Shown here: one piece after another, positions 18,933-28,789 of the stretch | How the letters are laid out: each line of letters begins with the position of its first letter | Position numbering within the stretch: the stretch's first letter is position 1 | The notes under the pieces: model-generated | Databases searched by the model: none | What the model saw: the letters and a program-made list of their open reading frames with translations, nothing else | What the model was told of the DNA's origin: nothing | Position numbers and translations under genes: made by a program | Assembly: GCA_915066515.1 (NCBI GenBank) | Contig: CAJZEA010000001.1 | Location: 1 to 44,189 of the forward strand | DNA length: 44,189 nucleotides | Direction of reading: 5' to 3' | Origin: an uncultured Neisseria sp. | GTDB taxonomy: Bacteria > Pseudomonadota > Gammaproteobacteria > Burkholderiales > Neisseriaceae

Positions 18933-19875
18933 AAGAGCCTCCCAATAAGCCTTTGTGGCTGGCGACGGAGAACTTGCCCTCCGCCTCGCCGGTGTGTTCG
19001 GATTCGCCTTTGCCTGCGCCTTCGCTCAACAGCGCGGGTGGTACGGCAGATTGAGCGGCTTTCGGCGTCAAATCGGCAATCATGGCTTCCGCCGCTTCGA
19101 TGTCGGCAGACAAAAGCACGGTCATGGTTGCGTCGGACAAGCCTTCAAACTTGCCGTTTTCGCCTTCCTTAAAGCCGGCGGCGGACAATTTCGCCTTGAC
19201 TTGGTTTTTCTTGGCAGCCGCTTCGGCTTCTTTCAGCTTTTTCTCGGCTTCGGCTTTTTCAGCCTTGAGCGTATCGACTTCCGCTTTCAGGTCGTCAAAC
19301 GCTTGCTTTTCTTCGGGTGTCATAGATAACTCCAAAGGTTGTTTAAAAATATCCGGCAAGGGACTGCCGTCCGACAACACCACCGCCTCCGTCTCGCCAT
19401 CTACACCGACGGCGGTAAACGACACCTCGCGTATCGCACAACGGCGCAGGATGACGGCCGGCCCGGTTACCTCGTTGCCGTTGACGGACAATACCGCGCC
19501 CGCCGCCAGCTCCTCATAGGATTCCGCCTGCGCGTAAACCGACATTTCCCAAGGAAAACCTTGGTCGGCGGCTTCGGCAATCTGCGTGCCAAACTCATTG
19601 GACAACAGACTACCTTCCGCAATCAGGCCGTCCGCCGTTACCGACAGGCTGCACACGCCCGCCATCTTGACGGGGGAATGCTCCAACAGGACGGGGACGG
19701 CCGCTTTGTGTGACAGCTGGGCCAAATCGACGACTGTCTGATAACCGCCGTAGCCGAAGGGCTTGCCCGAATTGGCAACGCCTTTAAAAGTACGCACCTT
19801 GTCGGCACCGGTCGCCAAGGCAACCGGCAGCGCGGCGGACAATTTAATTTTGAGGGGGGTGTTGTTCGTATCCAT
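18925..19875 (-). CDS. Prohead protease/scaffold; probable nested scaffold start at 19323
   Basis: Likely start MDTNN; GFPWEMSV and REVSFTAVGVD protease motifs; internal GGAG RBS before coiled-coil MTPEEK. Confidence 0.8.
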   Translation of the reverse strand: MDTNNTPLKIKLSAALPVALATGADKVRTFKGVANSGKPFGYGGYQTVVDLAQLSHKAAVPVLLEHSPVKMAGVCSLSVTADGLIAEGSLLSNEFGTQIAEAADQGFPWEMSVYAQAESYEELAAGAVLSVNGNEVTGPAVILRRCAIREVSFTAVGVDGETEAVVLSDGSPLPDIFKQPLELSMTPEEKQAFDDLKAEVDTLKAEKAEAEKKLKEAEAAAKKNQVKAKLSAAGFKEGENGKFEGLSDATMTVLLSADIEAAEAMIADLTPKAAQSAVPPALLSEGAGKGESEHTGEAEGKFSVASHKGLLGGSYV

Positions 19876-20156
19876 TGCTCCATTTTGCCTTGCCAAGTTC
19901 AAAAAGACGGACGGCAGGATTTCACTTCCCAATCCAAATGCAAAAGCCGCCTAAAACCCGAATATCAGGTTTCAGACGGCCTTGCGCAGTTCATCTATTT
20001 AAAATTCGATTCAGGGGCGTTTTAGAAGCCTCTAGGATTGATTTTAAAATACTGGATATATCTTTGCTTGCCCCAAGCATTTAAACGCGCTAAAACGCGA
20101 AATTTGAGCGGTTATGAAAAAAGGCCGTCTGAATCGGTTTCAGACGGCCTTCAGAG

Positions 20157-20456
20157 TTATACAGGTTTAAATCTCGGATCAGCTTCAAGCGCGGTTTTTA
20201 AATCGGACTTGTACGGCTTAATCCACTCGGACTTTTCAGCAGCCTCAAGTATCCATCCGCGCACACGGGCGAATGCCGCAGCGGATAAATCCGCAATCGA
20301 AAAAACGCAGCCCGAAAACTCGCCCTGCATTTGCTCGGCTGCCTCCTTGTCGATTTCCGCGAGACGCGGATACAGATAGTCCAATAATTCGGACGGGGCG
20401 GTTTTCCCGCCTAAAAATACTTTTACTTCGCGGCTGACATACAGTTCAGACGGCAT
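20157..20456 (-). CDS. Putative immunity protein for the MuF C-terminal toxin
   Basis: 99 aa, 3 bp after the MuF stop, followed by a DUS-pair terminator; ends LEADPRF. Confidence 0.6.
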   Translation of the reverse strand: MPSELYVSREVKVFLGGKTAPSELLDYLYPRLAEIDKEAAEQMQGEFSGCVFSIADLSAAAFARVRGWILEAAEKSEWIKPYKSDLKTALEADPRFKPV

Positions 20457-20459
20457 GAC

Positions 20460-21767
20460 TTACTCCGATATTTTTACCAATAAGCGGACTTTATCCCGCT
20501 GTTCTTTTGGCAATGATAACACATACTGCAACAATTTATGCCGGTTTACCGCATTCAGATGGCGCAAATCAAGCGGGACAATATCGGCTTTGTTGAAATG
20601 CTCTTGAATATTGTCAACCTTCCCTTTCCACGCCCCGGCGGTGTGTGCAAAATAACGGTTCATCAATTCCGCACGGTCGGGATTTTCGGTAAACATAAAA
20701 TCCAGCGTTACCCATTTCTCACGGGGCAGGTCGTCTGAAACAATCAGATAATCGGCTTGACCCTTACCTTTCTCCACGGGCAAATCGAACACTTCCAGCC
20801 TATCCCCCGTTTCAGCCTGCCACGCTGCCGCAGCTCTCGCTTCGTGGTCTTTGGTATTGTTGGCAGACTGCTCTTTTGTCAGCCTGCGCACTTCTTTTCC
20901 CGACACCTTATCCGACAAAGCCAACACCGCCACTTTGTCAGACGGCACGCTGTACCGCTTGTCCAACCACGCCTCGCGCTCGGCAATCATGGCGGTCAGT
21001 GCCTCTTCGCCGTTTTTCTCGCCAAACAGCGCGTCCATTGCGCCCAATCGGTCGCCGTGGTTATGCGCGAAGCTCGGCGTGATGTCGTCGGGAATCAATA
21101 CCGTTTTGCCTGTGCGCGGATTGGTAACCTCGACCATATCCACATCAGGCTCGCCGCTGATGCCCTCGCGCTCCGCCTGCCGACGGGTCAGGGCGGACAC
21201 CGAACATTTACAACCGTAGCCGTTGGGCGGAAAGATGACTTTCCAAATGTCGTGATCGACCGGCAGGACTAAGCCGTAGTAGCGTTTATGGCTGTCGCGC
21301 GGATGCCCGGCGGCGGAATGGTTGTAGCGCAAATACGGCAAGGCTTTTTTGTTTGCCTGAATCCGCTGCCACTGCCCCGCCGCAAAGGCGGTTTGCATAT
21401 TGGTGTTGAAAATGGTCTTCAGACGACGTGTACTGCCGAGCTGTACCAATTTCGGCTCGCCGTCCAGCGGGTCGGTCATCACTTGCTCGCCCCACCAGCC
21501 TTTCGCCATCAAATACGGTTTTAAACGCTTTTTAAAATCGGCAAACGCCGTGCCGTTTTGCTGCGCGGATTCAATAGCATCTTTGACTTCAGCGAGCATA
21601 TCCGCGTCCATCATCTTGGCGACGGTAAAGGCAAGGCTGTGCTGATACAGCCAGACATCATAATGACTGAATCCGGGCAGGACTTTCTTGGCTTTGAAAT
21701 GCTCGAAGGCGGCTTTATCGACCAGCCCCGCGAAGTTGTATTCAATCCCGTCCATCACCCGCTCCAT
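20460..21767 (-). CDS. MuF (gp30-like) minor head protein with C-terminal nuclease-like toxin extension
   Basis: RRLKTIFNTN and PPNGYGCKC MuF motifs; C-terminal ~140 aa with E...ADY...LDFM...H..KADIVPLD. Confidence 0.85.
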   Translation of the reverse strand: MERVMDGIEYNFAGLVDKAAFEHFKAKKVLPGFSHYDVWLYQHSLAFTVAKMMDADMLAEVKDAIESAQQNGTAFADFKKRLKPYLMAKGWWGEQVMTDPLDGEPKLVQLGSTRRLKTIFNTNMQTAFAAGQWQRIQANKKALPYLRYNHSAAGHPRDSHKRYYGLVLPVDHDIWKVIFPPNGYGCKCSVSALTRRQAEREGISGEPDVDMVEVTNPRTGKTVLIPDDITPSFAHNHGDRLGAMDALFGEKNGEEALTAMIAEREAWLDKRYSVPSDKVAVLALSDKVSGKEVRRLTKEQSANNTKDHEARAAAAWQAETGDRLEVFDLPVEKGKGQADYLIVSDDLPREKWVTLDFMFTENPDRAELMNRYFAHTAGAWKGKVDNIQEHFNKADIVPLDLRHLNAVNRHKLLQYVLSLPKEQRDKVRLLVKISE

Positions 21768-23187
21768 CAGCCCAAGCCGAAAGGCCGTCTGAAACCAAAC
21801 GCTGGATCAAGAGATTGTCGCCTTTGCTCAAATCAAGCTCGGACAGTTTCGCCTCAAATTCGGCGTAGTCTTTGCAGCTTTCCAATAAACCCAACACTGC
21901 TTCCATTTTCGGGCGGGCGATTGCCTGCTCCGCCGTATCAGGCGCATTACGGGCAAGAGCGTCAGACAGGCGCAGGCTGAATTTGGCGGACGCAGGGTTT
22001 TCAGACGACGCCTTGGGGTCGCGCAGCTCGAAATGATCCGGTTCAAAGCCCAAGATGTCGCGGTAGTAGGTTTCGGTCAACACGAGCTGCCCCGTATCCA
22101 TATACATCTTGTCGCGTTCGGCTCGGGTTTTATCAACCTTGATTTCGTCTTCAAACTCAAACCATACGCCTTTGGGCGCATTAATCGGCTTGCCGTAGGC
22201 GTTGTTGACCATCACGAGCGCGTCGATAAAGTGCTGTGCAGCGCGGGAGAGCAGAGCGAGATACGCGCCAATACGCTCGTCGCGGTTGTTTTCTTCGGTT
22301 TCCTGACTGGCTCGGCTGGCGGTCTCAAGGTCGCTGGTTTTGACTTTGCCTAACAGCGTTTTTTGGATGCGCGCATTGGCAAGGTTTTCCAGTCGGCGGA
22401 ATGCCTGACCGTCCGCGCTGTTTTGCAGCATCATTACATCGTCCTCGCGTTCGATACTCAACGCGCCGCCGGAAACAAAGCGGTAAAAACGGCTCATGAA
22501 GCTGTCGTGGTCGTCGTTGCTGTTAGCTTGGATTTTGGCAATCAGATAAGGCTGGGCGTAGCGCGTAATAAATTGCGCCGCATAGACAAAGCCTTTTTTA
22601 CGCAACGCAACCGGTGCATACAGCCGCGCCGCCGCCATTTCGCCCGCAGGATTGGTTGAAGTGGCGCGGTGTGTAATAAAGAGATACAGTACATCCGTAT
22701 TGCAGGTCTCCTCACCGCCGCTGCCGCGATACACCAGCGAGCCGTCGCGGTAGGGAACGTATTTCGCCAATTCGCCGCTTTTGTTGCTGATATGCTTAAT
22801 CGTCAAAAAGCCGTCGGGTTCGGGCTGATAAACGTACCGACCGACACCATAGCCGCCCAAACGCGCCGTCAACACGATTTCGGCAAGTGCGGGCAGATGG
22901 CGTTTCAGCGTTTTCCACAAGCGGTCTTTGTCATCGTCATTCAAGTCCTCGCCATAAATGCGCCATGCCTTGTTCTGCATGGCGGAATGCAAATCCTCCA
23001 AACAGGCAGCCACCTCGTCATCGCTTACCACCGCGTCCAATGCCTGCTGCCTGTCCACGCCGAGACGCGAAAGCAGCGCGTCCGTGCCCTCCATATTGGA
23101 AAACAGGCTTTCCAACGCATCTTCGGTCGCGCTCGTCAATGTCTTGATGGCGGTTTTCCGCGTAGCACTTTTAATCAATCCGAACAT
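21742..23187 (-). CDS. Portal protein (Mu gp29-like)
   Basis: 481 aa between terminase and MuF. Confidence 0.85.
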   Translation of the reverse strand: MFGLIKSATRKTAIKTLTSATEDALESLFSNMEGTDALLSRLGVDRQQALDAVVSDDEVAACLEDLHSAMQNKAWRIYGEDLNDDDKDRLWKTLKRHLPALAEIVLTARLGGYGVGRYVYQPEPDGFLTIKHISNKSGELAKYVPYRDGSLVYRGSGGEETCNTDVLYLFITHRATSTNPAGEMAAARLYAPVALRKKGFVYAAQFITRYAQPYLIAKIQANSNDDHDSFMSRFYRFVSGGALSIEREDDVMMLQNSADGQAFRRLENLANARIQKTLLGKVKTSDLETASRASQETEENNRDERIGAYLALLSRAAQHFIDALVMVNNAYGKPINAPKGVWFEFEDEIKVDKTRAERDKMYMDTGQLVLTETYYRDILGFEPDHFELRDPKASSENPASAKFSLRLSDALARNAPDTAEQAIARPKMEAVLGLLESCKDYAEFEAKLSELDLSKGDNLLIQRLVSDGLSAWADGAGDGRD

Positions 23188-23237
23188 ATTTTCTTACTCC
23201 AAAGGCCGTCTGAAACCGTTTTCAGACGACCTTAAAA

Positions 23238-24848
23238 TCACATTTCCAACATCGGCACAGGCAAATCAATCGCCCGCGCTCTGTTTGATACATTGCCCGT
23301 CGTTGCCGCCATCCACAGCATATGCAACGCATCGGGGCCATCGTCATGGTCGGCTTTCGGGAAATGGCGCAACTGACTGATTAAGGTCTTTTGGTCGGGA
23401 TTGAGCAAAATCAGCCCGTTTGCCATGTGCGGTTGCAAGGTCTCAATCCTCAACATCTTGTCCGAAGACGGCTTGATACCGCGCACCGGAATATGCACAC
23501 CCGACCGCGCCCCGCGCTTAATCAGCTCATCCTTGAGAAACTCTTGGAATTGCACCGTCTCTACGACCCACAACACCGGCTTGACCCGCGCCTCTTTTTG
23601 GATGCGGATAACGTCCTCGATAATCAAATCGGGCAGGCGTTTTTTGACTTCGGCAACGGTTACAAACAGCCGCCCCGTCGATTTTTGATAACCGCCGACC
23701 AAAATCGCCGACGGGTCGCGTCCCGCGCCCGCTTTACCCAATGACGGGTCGAGCGCGCCGTAGTACACCAAATCGTCGGGAAGTTCCGACCAGTATTTGA
23801 TGTTTTCCGCAAATGGCGCATCTTCGCCGCTGACCGGATCGTTTTGATATTCCGAATCAAACGTCGCATGACCGTCACGCGCACGGATTTTCATCAGTGC
23901 GAGTACACCGCGAGCCGCCCAAGAAGTGACCGCGCCGCGCTCCATCTCGTCTTTGTTTGCCTGATAAAACGCCTCGGCCACCGCCGCGCCGTCGTTGCGA
24001 TACAGCTCTTCCCATCTGTCCCACAAATCCATGCGGTCAGGCCAGCGTTTCATCGCTTTGAATTTGCGCGTACTCCAAAACGGGTTATTCAGGGTGCGGC
24101 TCAATACGCTGTCGTAGTGCAAAATCGTGCCGATATAAATTACGTCAAACTTGGTACCGACCGCGCCCAACGGTAAGACGGTCTGTTTAAGCCACATTTC
24201 CAGCTTGTCGCGCTGGTCGGGGTTGCGCACCATCTCGTCGTTTTCGATATCGTCGAGAATGGCAAGATCGGGGCGGAATGCACCATGTACCATGCCGCGC
24301 ATTTTCTTGCCTGAGCCGAAGACTTGGATTTTGACATTGGACGCGGTAACAATCGTCCCCGCCTGCCAAACCCGCCCTTGTCCGCACATTTCGGGGAAAT
24401 CGGTTTTCAGGCGCGGGTTAAACTCCAATTCCGCCTTGATGGCTTCAAGCATTGGGTATGCCTGGTCGATGCTGTCCATCGCGATGACGATAAACTTTTT
24501 CGCGCCGGTAATGACCGTCCAAAGCGAGAACAAGCGCGTAACCAGCGTCGATTTCGCCTCGCCGCGCGGGGCGGCATCCGCCTCGTTGATGCCTTCGGGC
24601 TGTTGTAGGATTTCGGGCAGGCGGGAAAACAGAAATTCATGCAGCTCCGATTTTTCAGACGACCTGACGTAATGCGGAAAATAGGTATTGACGAAATACT
24701 CGTAACCGTTGACCGGGTCTAATACCTTCGCCCGACGTTCGGCAATGGCCGCGGGCGATGCATCAAAGCCGTCCGCCTCCGCCTCGATGGTTTGGCGGAG
24801 TTGGGCGGCATATTCGGCAAGCGACTTTAAAAACTCTTTGGACTTCAT
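23238..24848 (-). CDS. Terminase large subunit
   Basis: APRGEAKST Walker A, LAILDD Walker B, DPSLG and HDDGPDAL nuclease motifs. Confidence 0.93.
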   Translation of the reverse strand: MKSKEFLKSLAEYAAQLRQTIEAEADGFDASPAAIAERRAKVLDPVNGYEYFVNTYFPHYVRSSEKSELHEFLFSRLPEILQQPEGINEADAAPRGEAKSTLVTRLFSLWTVITGAKKFIVIAMDSIDQAYPMLEAIKAELEFNPRLKTDFPEMCGQGRVWQAGTIVTASNVKIQVFGSGKKMRGMVHGAFRPDLAILDDIENDEMVRNPDQRDKLEMWLKQTVLPLGAVGTKFDVIYIGTILHYDSVLSRTLNNPFWSTRKFKAMKRWPDRMDLWDRWEELYRNDGAAVAEAFYQANKDEMERGAVTSWAARGVLALMKIRARDGHATFDSEYQNDPVSGEDAPFAENIKYWSELPDDLVYYGALDPSLGKAGAGRDPSAILVGGYQKSTGRLFVTVAEVKKRLPDLIIEDVIRIQKEARVKPVLWVVETVQFQEFLKDELIKRGARSGVHIPVRGIKPSSDKMLRIETLQPHMANGLILLNPDQKTLISQLRHFPKADHDDGPDALHMLWMAATTGNVSNRARAIDLPVPMLEM

Positions 24849-24851
24849 GTT

Positions 24852-25097
24852 TTATTCGTAATAGTGGACAACCGGCTTTTTCAGCGGCTCGGGGTTAACC
24901 ATGAAACAAAAGGGCAACGGCTCTCCCGTTTTCATTTCATTCATGGACGACATAAAGTAAAAAAACTGGTCGGCGAGCCAAAACAACGGCTCCAGCTTAT
25001 AGCGCGGCGCAACTGCCGGCACTTCGCTGTCCCAATTCGCAATCCAAATCGGGCAAAATAAAAACCATCCCTTATGGGTGTATTCAACCTTCTGCAT
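24852..25097 (-). CDS. Hypothetical protein
   Basis: 81-aa ORF tightly packed between terminase genes. Confidence 0.6.
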   Translation of the reverse strand: MQKVEYTHKGWFLFCPIWIANWDSEVPAVAPRYKLEPLFWLADQFFYFMSSMNEMKTGEPLPFCFMVNPEPLKKPVVHYYE

Positions 25098-25102
25098 CTC
25101 GC

Positions 25103-25609
25103 TTACCTGTATTTCTTTTCAATTTCAACACCCAACGGCTCAACCAACTCGACAAAAGCCTGCAAGTGTTGCGGGTATCGCTCCTTGACCACTTCGCCGA
25201 ACAATTCCAACACCTCAATCGCCGTCGCCAGTTTTGACGTTTCCGGCATCACTTTGGCGTTTGCCGCCACGGTCTTGGTAAACGCATCCGACAGGCTTGC
25301 CAATAATTTGGCGCGCTCGGACGGCATCAGCTCCTCGACCGACGTGTCTTGCAACATCGTCATCGTCGATTGGTACTGCACCAAAAACCCCGCCAACAAC
25401 GAGCGGCTCAAGTCTTCGATACCTCCGCCCGCTAGCGTGTAGGCGGCGCGTACTTTGTCCCAATCGTCGCCGGTCTCTTTGGCGGCGCGTTTCCAGCTAC
25501 GGGCGGTAGCTGTTGGGATTTCGCACATCATCGCCGCGATTTCGAGCGTCTGGCCGTCACTGACGTACAGTCGGCGCAGCTTTTCGCGGGTTTCTTTTGG
25601 GTGTGCCAT
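25103..25609 (-). CDS. DUF1804-like HTH protein, probable terminase small subunit
   Basis: MAHPKETR...WKR...GDDWDKVRAA. Confidence 0.75.
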   Translation of the reverse strand: MAHPKETREKLRRLYVSDGQTLEIAAMMCEIPTATARSWKRAAKETGDDWDKVRAAYTLAGGGIEDLSRSLLAGFLVQYQSTMTMLQDTSVEELMPSERAKLLASLSDAFTKTVAANAKVMPETSKLATAIEVLELFGEVVKERYPQHLQAFVELVEPLGVEIEKKYR

Positions 25610-25610
25610 A

Positions 25611-25808
25611 TCAGCCTCCGAACTTGGCTCGCAGCAGTTCCCAACCCGTCGTTACAATCACGCCGCCGAGACCGCCATAAACCGCAGCAGATTTCTTGCA
25701 GTCTTTCTTAATTTGCTGCAATTCCTCGTCCATGCGCGCCTGATTGGCAAGCAGGTCATCCTGCTTGGCTTCGATACGCGCCAAGGCTTCTAAAATCGGG
25801 TCGCTCAT
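25611..25808 (-). CDS. Small coiled-coil/TM hypothetical protein
   Basis: 65 aa, coupled to its neighbours. Confidence 0.6.
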   Translation of the reverse strand: MSDPILEALARIEAKQDDLLANQARMDEELQQIKKDCKKSAAVYGGLGGVIVTTGWELLRAKFGG

Positions 25809-26071
25809 GATTTGTCTGCTTTCCTGTCCAGTTTTTCGTTTACTTTTTCCAACTTGTTTTCAATTCGGTCCAAGGCCGCCGCAATATTAGTGCTGTCTGC
25901 CTTGGCATCTTGCTTGGTGTGATAAGAGAGCTTCACCGCGTGCAGCTCCTCTTTAAGGTCGTCGATACGCTTGTCCGCCTCTTTCAGACGGCCTGAAATG
26001 CCGTTGACCCAAAACCAAAACGCCGCCGTTGCAATCGGCCACAGGGTTTTAAACCCAAATTCAAAATCCAT
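25805..26071 (-). CDS. Membrane-anchored coiled-coil protein (Mu gp25-like position)
   Basis: N-terminal TM followed by coiled coil, 88 aa. Confidence 0.6.
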   Translation of the reverse strand: MDFEFGFKTLWPIATAAFWFWVNGISGRLKEADKRIDDLKEELHAVKLSYHTKQDAKADSTNIAAALDRIENKLEKVNEKLDRKADKS

Positions 26072-26082
26072 TTAAAACCCCT

Positions 26083-26424
26083 TTAAACCGGCACATCGCC
26101 AAATACGATACGGACGGAGTAGCCGTTAGGACGATTGCTGGCAATTTCGAGTCCATCCCCATCGTTACAAACGCAGTAATACGCTGAAATCGTCTGCCAA
26201 ACTGAACGTTTAAAAGCGTCGTAGCTCGTATTTGGATATTCGAGATTAAAGGTCGTCTGAAAATCCTTATCCATGCGTACCGCGTACTCAATGCCGGCCT
26301 TATCCAATAGGTCGGAAACATGAATGACAAACGGCTCTTGCTCGCGTGCGCGGCTCAATCCCAGCTCTAAATCCGCATGGCGGCAGGCGACCGTGCGTTG
26401 TACCAAATCACGATAAGTCGTCAT
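26083..26424 (-). CDS. Hypothetical protein
   Basis: 113 aa, start overlaps the upstream stop. Confidence 0.6.
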   Translation of the reverse strand: MTTYRDLVQRTVACRHADLELGLSRAREQEPFVIHVSDLLDKAGIEYAVRMDKDFQTTFNLEYPNTSYDAFKRSVWQTISAYYCVCNDGDGLEIASNRPNGYSVRIVFGDVPV

Positions 26425-26714
26425 CGTGTGCCCTCCGTGCCATCAACTTCCGCTTGACTATTGACCCAATCGCGCCACGCTGCGTTTTGGTTTTCCAGCT
26501 CCGCCACATAGCCGCCAAACTCAGCGGCGTGTTCCAACAGCGTGGCCGTCTTGCCGTCTTTCGGCGGATTCGGGCGCACCGGTGCGACCATCAACGCGGC
26601 AGGCGGTGTCGGCATGACCGCCTTTTCGACAATCTTAATTTCCGTAGCCGAGGGCGCGCTTGTAGAGCTGCAGGCCGTGAGAGCCAAAGCCGTCAATACA
26701 ATTACCGCTTGCAT
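26421..26714 (-). CDS. Putative o-spanin (Rz1-like lipoprotein)
   Basis: LALTAC lipobox, Pro-rich, overlaps the i-spanin gene. Confidence 0.7.
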   Translation of the reverse strand: MQAVIVLTALALTACSSTSAPSATEIKIVEKAVMPTPPAALMVAPVRPNPPKDGKTATLLEHAAEFGGYVAELENQNAAWRDWVNSQAEVDGTEGTR

Positions 26715-27054
26715 TTTTACGGTCTTGAGTAAGGACATTTTCGATTTCCTTTTTATTTTCCGTTTTCAGACGGCTGACTTCCGCCTGTTTTTTCGCCAAA
26801 GCCATGCCGACAGCGTGCGCCTTGACTTCATACTTTTTAGCTTCCGCACGCGCCTGTTCCAGTTCGCGGGCGTAGTTTCGAGCCGACAACAGCAGGGCTT
26901 GCGCTTTGTCTTTTTCCATCTTGTCGATGACCGCTTGCTGCTTCGTAAAAGCCGACTTGTAGCCTTGATGGTGCGACACAGCCAAGCCCGTGCCGACAAG
27001 CGCGATAATGGCAATCGGTTGCCAGTTATTCGCCAGCAGTTTCACGAGATTCAT
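26635..27054 (-). CDS. Putative i-spanin (Rz-like)
   Basis: Likely start MNLVKLL; N-terminal TM, long coiled coil, C-terminal Cys. Confidence 0.7.
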   Translation of the reverse strand: MNLVKLLANNWQPIAIIALVGTGLAVSHHQGYKSAFTKQQAVIDKMEKDKAQALLLSARNYARELEQARAEAKKYEVKAHAVGMALAKKQAEVSRLKTENKKEIENVLTQDRKNASGNCIDGFGSHGLQLYKRALGYGN

Positions 27055-27262
27055 TCTCGACCTCCTGACGTTTGACGCTGACAAACGAACGCGCCACCGC
27101 ATAGCCGCCGACGATGCCCAAATAAACCGCCCAAATCTCCGCCGACGGGTCGGGCAACATCACAAACTTAAACGTCCCAGCCGCGCAGGCAACGTTTGCC
27201 CAGAGTTTCGAGTGCGACACATTACCTGTCGCGGGGTTTTTAAAAATATCCAAAATACGCAT
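27026..27262 (-). CDS. Putative holin
   Basis: 78 aa, two hydrophobic segments, charged tail, within the lysis cassette. Confidence 0.6.
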   Translation of the reverse strand: MRILDIFKNPATGNVSHSKLWANVACAAGTFKFVMLPDPSAEIWAVYLGIVGGYAVARSFVSVKRQEVENESRETAGE

Positions 27263-27264
27263 TG

Positions 27265-27429
27265 CTATTCCACACTTTTGGTTTGCAGGTGCCGTTTCAG
27301 CATTTCCCGATAATTGGCCAGTTCGCCCTCCGCAAATTCAAACGCAGCCAAATCAGCCTGTTCGCTTGCCTCGCGGCTTTTACGCGACCATTGCTCAATC
27401 ATCTTTTCGTAAAACTCAACCTGTCCCAT
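27265..27429 (-). CDS. 54-aa helical hypothetical protein (not in ORF track)
   Basis: MGQVEFYEKMIEQWSRKSREASEQADLAAFEFAEGELANYREMLKRHLQTKSVE fills the gap between neighbours. Confidence 0.55.
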   Translation of the reverse strand: MGQVEFYEKMIEQWSRKSREASEQADLAAFEFAEGELANYREMLKRHLQTKSVE

Positions 27430-27431
27430 AA

Positions 27432-27605
27432 CTAACGACGATTCTTGCGTTTACGCGCCGCGCGTTTGGCAGCCGCCACGCCCGACTTACCCATGCGCAT
27501 AGACGGATGTTGTTTCAAATAGCCAATACTGGCAGGCTTAATCTCAAATTCAGGCACCTGCGGTTTCAACACAGACAGAGCCAAAGCAATCAAAGACTTT
27601 TTCAT
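27432..27605 (-). CDS. 57-aa basic hypothetical protein
   Basis: MKKSLIALAL...AAAKRAARKRKNRR; start overlaps the amidase stop. Confidence 0.5.
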   Translation of the reverse strand: MKKSLIALALSVLKPQVPEFEIKPASIGYLKQHPSMRMGKSGVAAAKRAARKRKNRR

Positions 27606-28147
27606 ACCTTCACCGCTCCCAATTCCACCGCAATCGCGTCCGCAATCGCGCGGCAGATGCCCCATTTAGTAGCCTTAAACAAAGCCAAATCAGTGTCGTT
27701 GCTGATAAAAAACGGCTCAAACACAATGCCGCCGGCCTGCGCATAAGCCAAGCGCGAATGCTGGCCCGCATTGTCGGGTTTAAAGCCGTCTTCGCCGCGC
27801 AGTTTCCAGCCGGTCGCCTTCGCAACAGCCTTGCTCAACACCTGACACCAGCGTTTGTTTTTTAGCGTGGACAGAGCTTCGATGCCTGTCGCCGCCTTAC
27901 TGACGGCTGCGTTGGTGTGAAACTCAATCGCCACATCCGAGCCGCGAATCAGCTTGACCGCATCGCGCAAGGGCATATTGCCTTTGCCCGTGCCGTCGGT
28001 TTTAACGGTCAAACCGTAGTCATCGCGCAAAATAGATGCCACGATGTTGCGCATATCCTGCGCCAAGTCCGCCTCACGGTCGGAGCCGTTGCACGCGCCC
28101 GGGTCGGTGTTGCTGTGGCCTGCGGTTAAAGTTACAGTTTTACCCAT
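27602..28147 (-). CDS. Endolysin, N-acetylmuramoyl-L-alanine amidase (Amidase_3 type)
   Basis: TAGH, E, EFHTNA and EPFFISN zinc-amidase motifs; likely start MGKTV. Confidence 0.88.
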   Translation of the reverse strand: MGKTVTLTAGHSNTDPGACNGSDREADLAQDMRNIVASILRDDYGLTVKTDGTGKGNMPLRDAVKLIRGSDVAIEFHTNAAVSKAATGIEALSTLKNKRWCQVLSKAVAKATGWKLRGEDGFKPDNAGQHSRLAYAQAGGIVFEPFFISNDTDLALFKATKWGICRAIADAIAVELGAVKV

Positions 28148-28307
28148 TAGCATCTCCAAAGTTAAATCACGATTTATTTTCAAAACCTTATTTAACCTTT
28201 TCAGACGGCATAAGACGGTCGGCACAAATGCACTTACTATCCCGCAAACAAAAAAAGCCCCGCATAAAGCAGGGCAAAGGTCCACTCACAAGAAACACAC
28301 AACACAA

Positions 28308-28787
28308 TCAAGCTGCAAATAAATCCGTCTGCGCTCTTGCCGCCGCCTCGCGGTCGGCCTCTTTCAAAATGTAACGGATATTTCGCGTAGAAAGCCGATG
28401 AGCCAACACCAGCTCGCGCACAATAACCAAATCGCTCAAACCTTCCGCGCTCATCGCATCATACTGGCGGCGGATAAATCGGTTGCGAAGTTCGCGCATT
28501 GCATCCCAGCAACGCGGAATGGCCAGGAAAGGTTGCCCGGCATAAGCTCGCTCCAATCGTCCCGCAGCCTCCTCACCAATGTCCTCGACCAGTTGTGCGT
28601 GTAAGATTCGGCTCTGACGCGTATTGCGGCGGCGGTTGGAAATCGGATAATTCGTTCCGCCCCATACCTTGACCATGTGGAATGTCGCCTCTAGCCCGAT
28701 GACCGTAATCATTGCCACTACACTATGTGGTAACAGGTGTTTCACATCCTCGAAATCCTGCTCCGTCATCTCCCAACTTACGCTCAT
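28308..28787 (-). CDS. mor: Mor/C-family transcription activator
   Basis: LLP.SV...IG...WGG...IPRC...RNRFI plus C-terminal HTH. Confidence 0.85.
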   Translation of the reverse strand: MSVSWEMTEQDFEDVKHLLPHSVVAMITVIGLEATFHMVKVWGGTNYPISNRRRNTRQSRILHAQLVEDIGEEAAGRLERAYAGQPFLAIPRCWDAMRELRNRFIRRQYDAMSAEGLSDLVIVRELVLAHRLSTRNIRYILKEADREAAARAQTDLFAA

Positions 28788-28789
28788 TC

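Noticed and set aside
11298..19713. Many long + strand and alternate-frame ORFs (e.g. 17631..18548, 13753..14439)
   Set aside because: Antisense shadows of GC3-rich genes with no recognisable motifs
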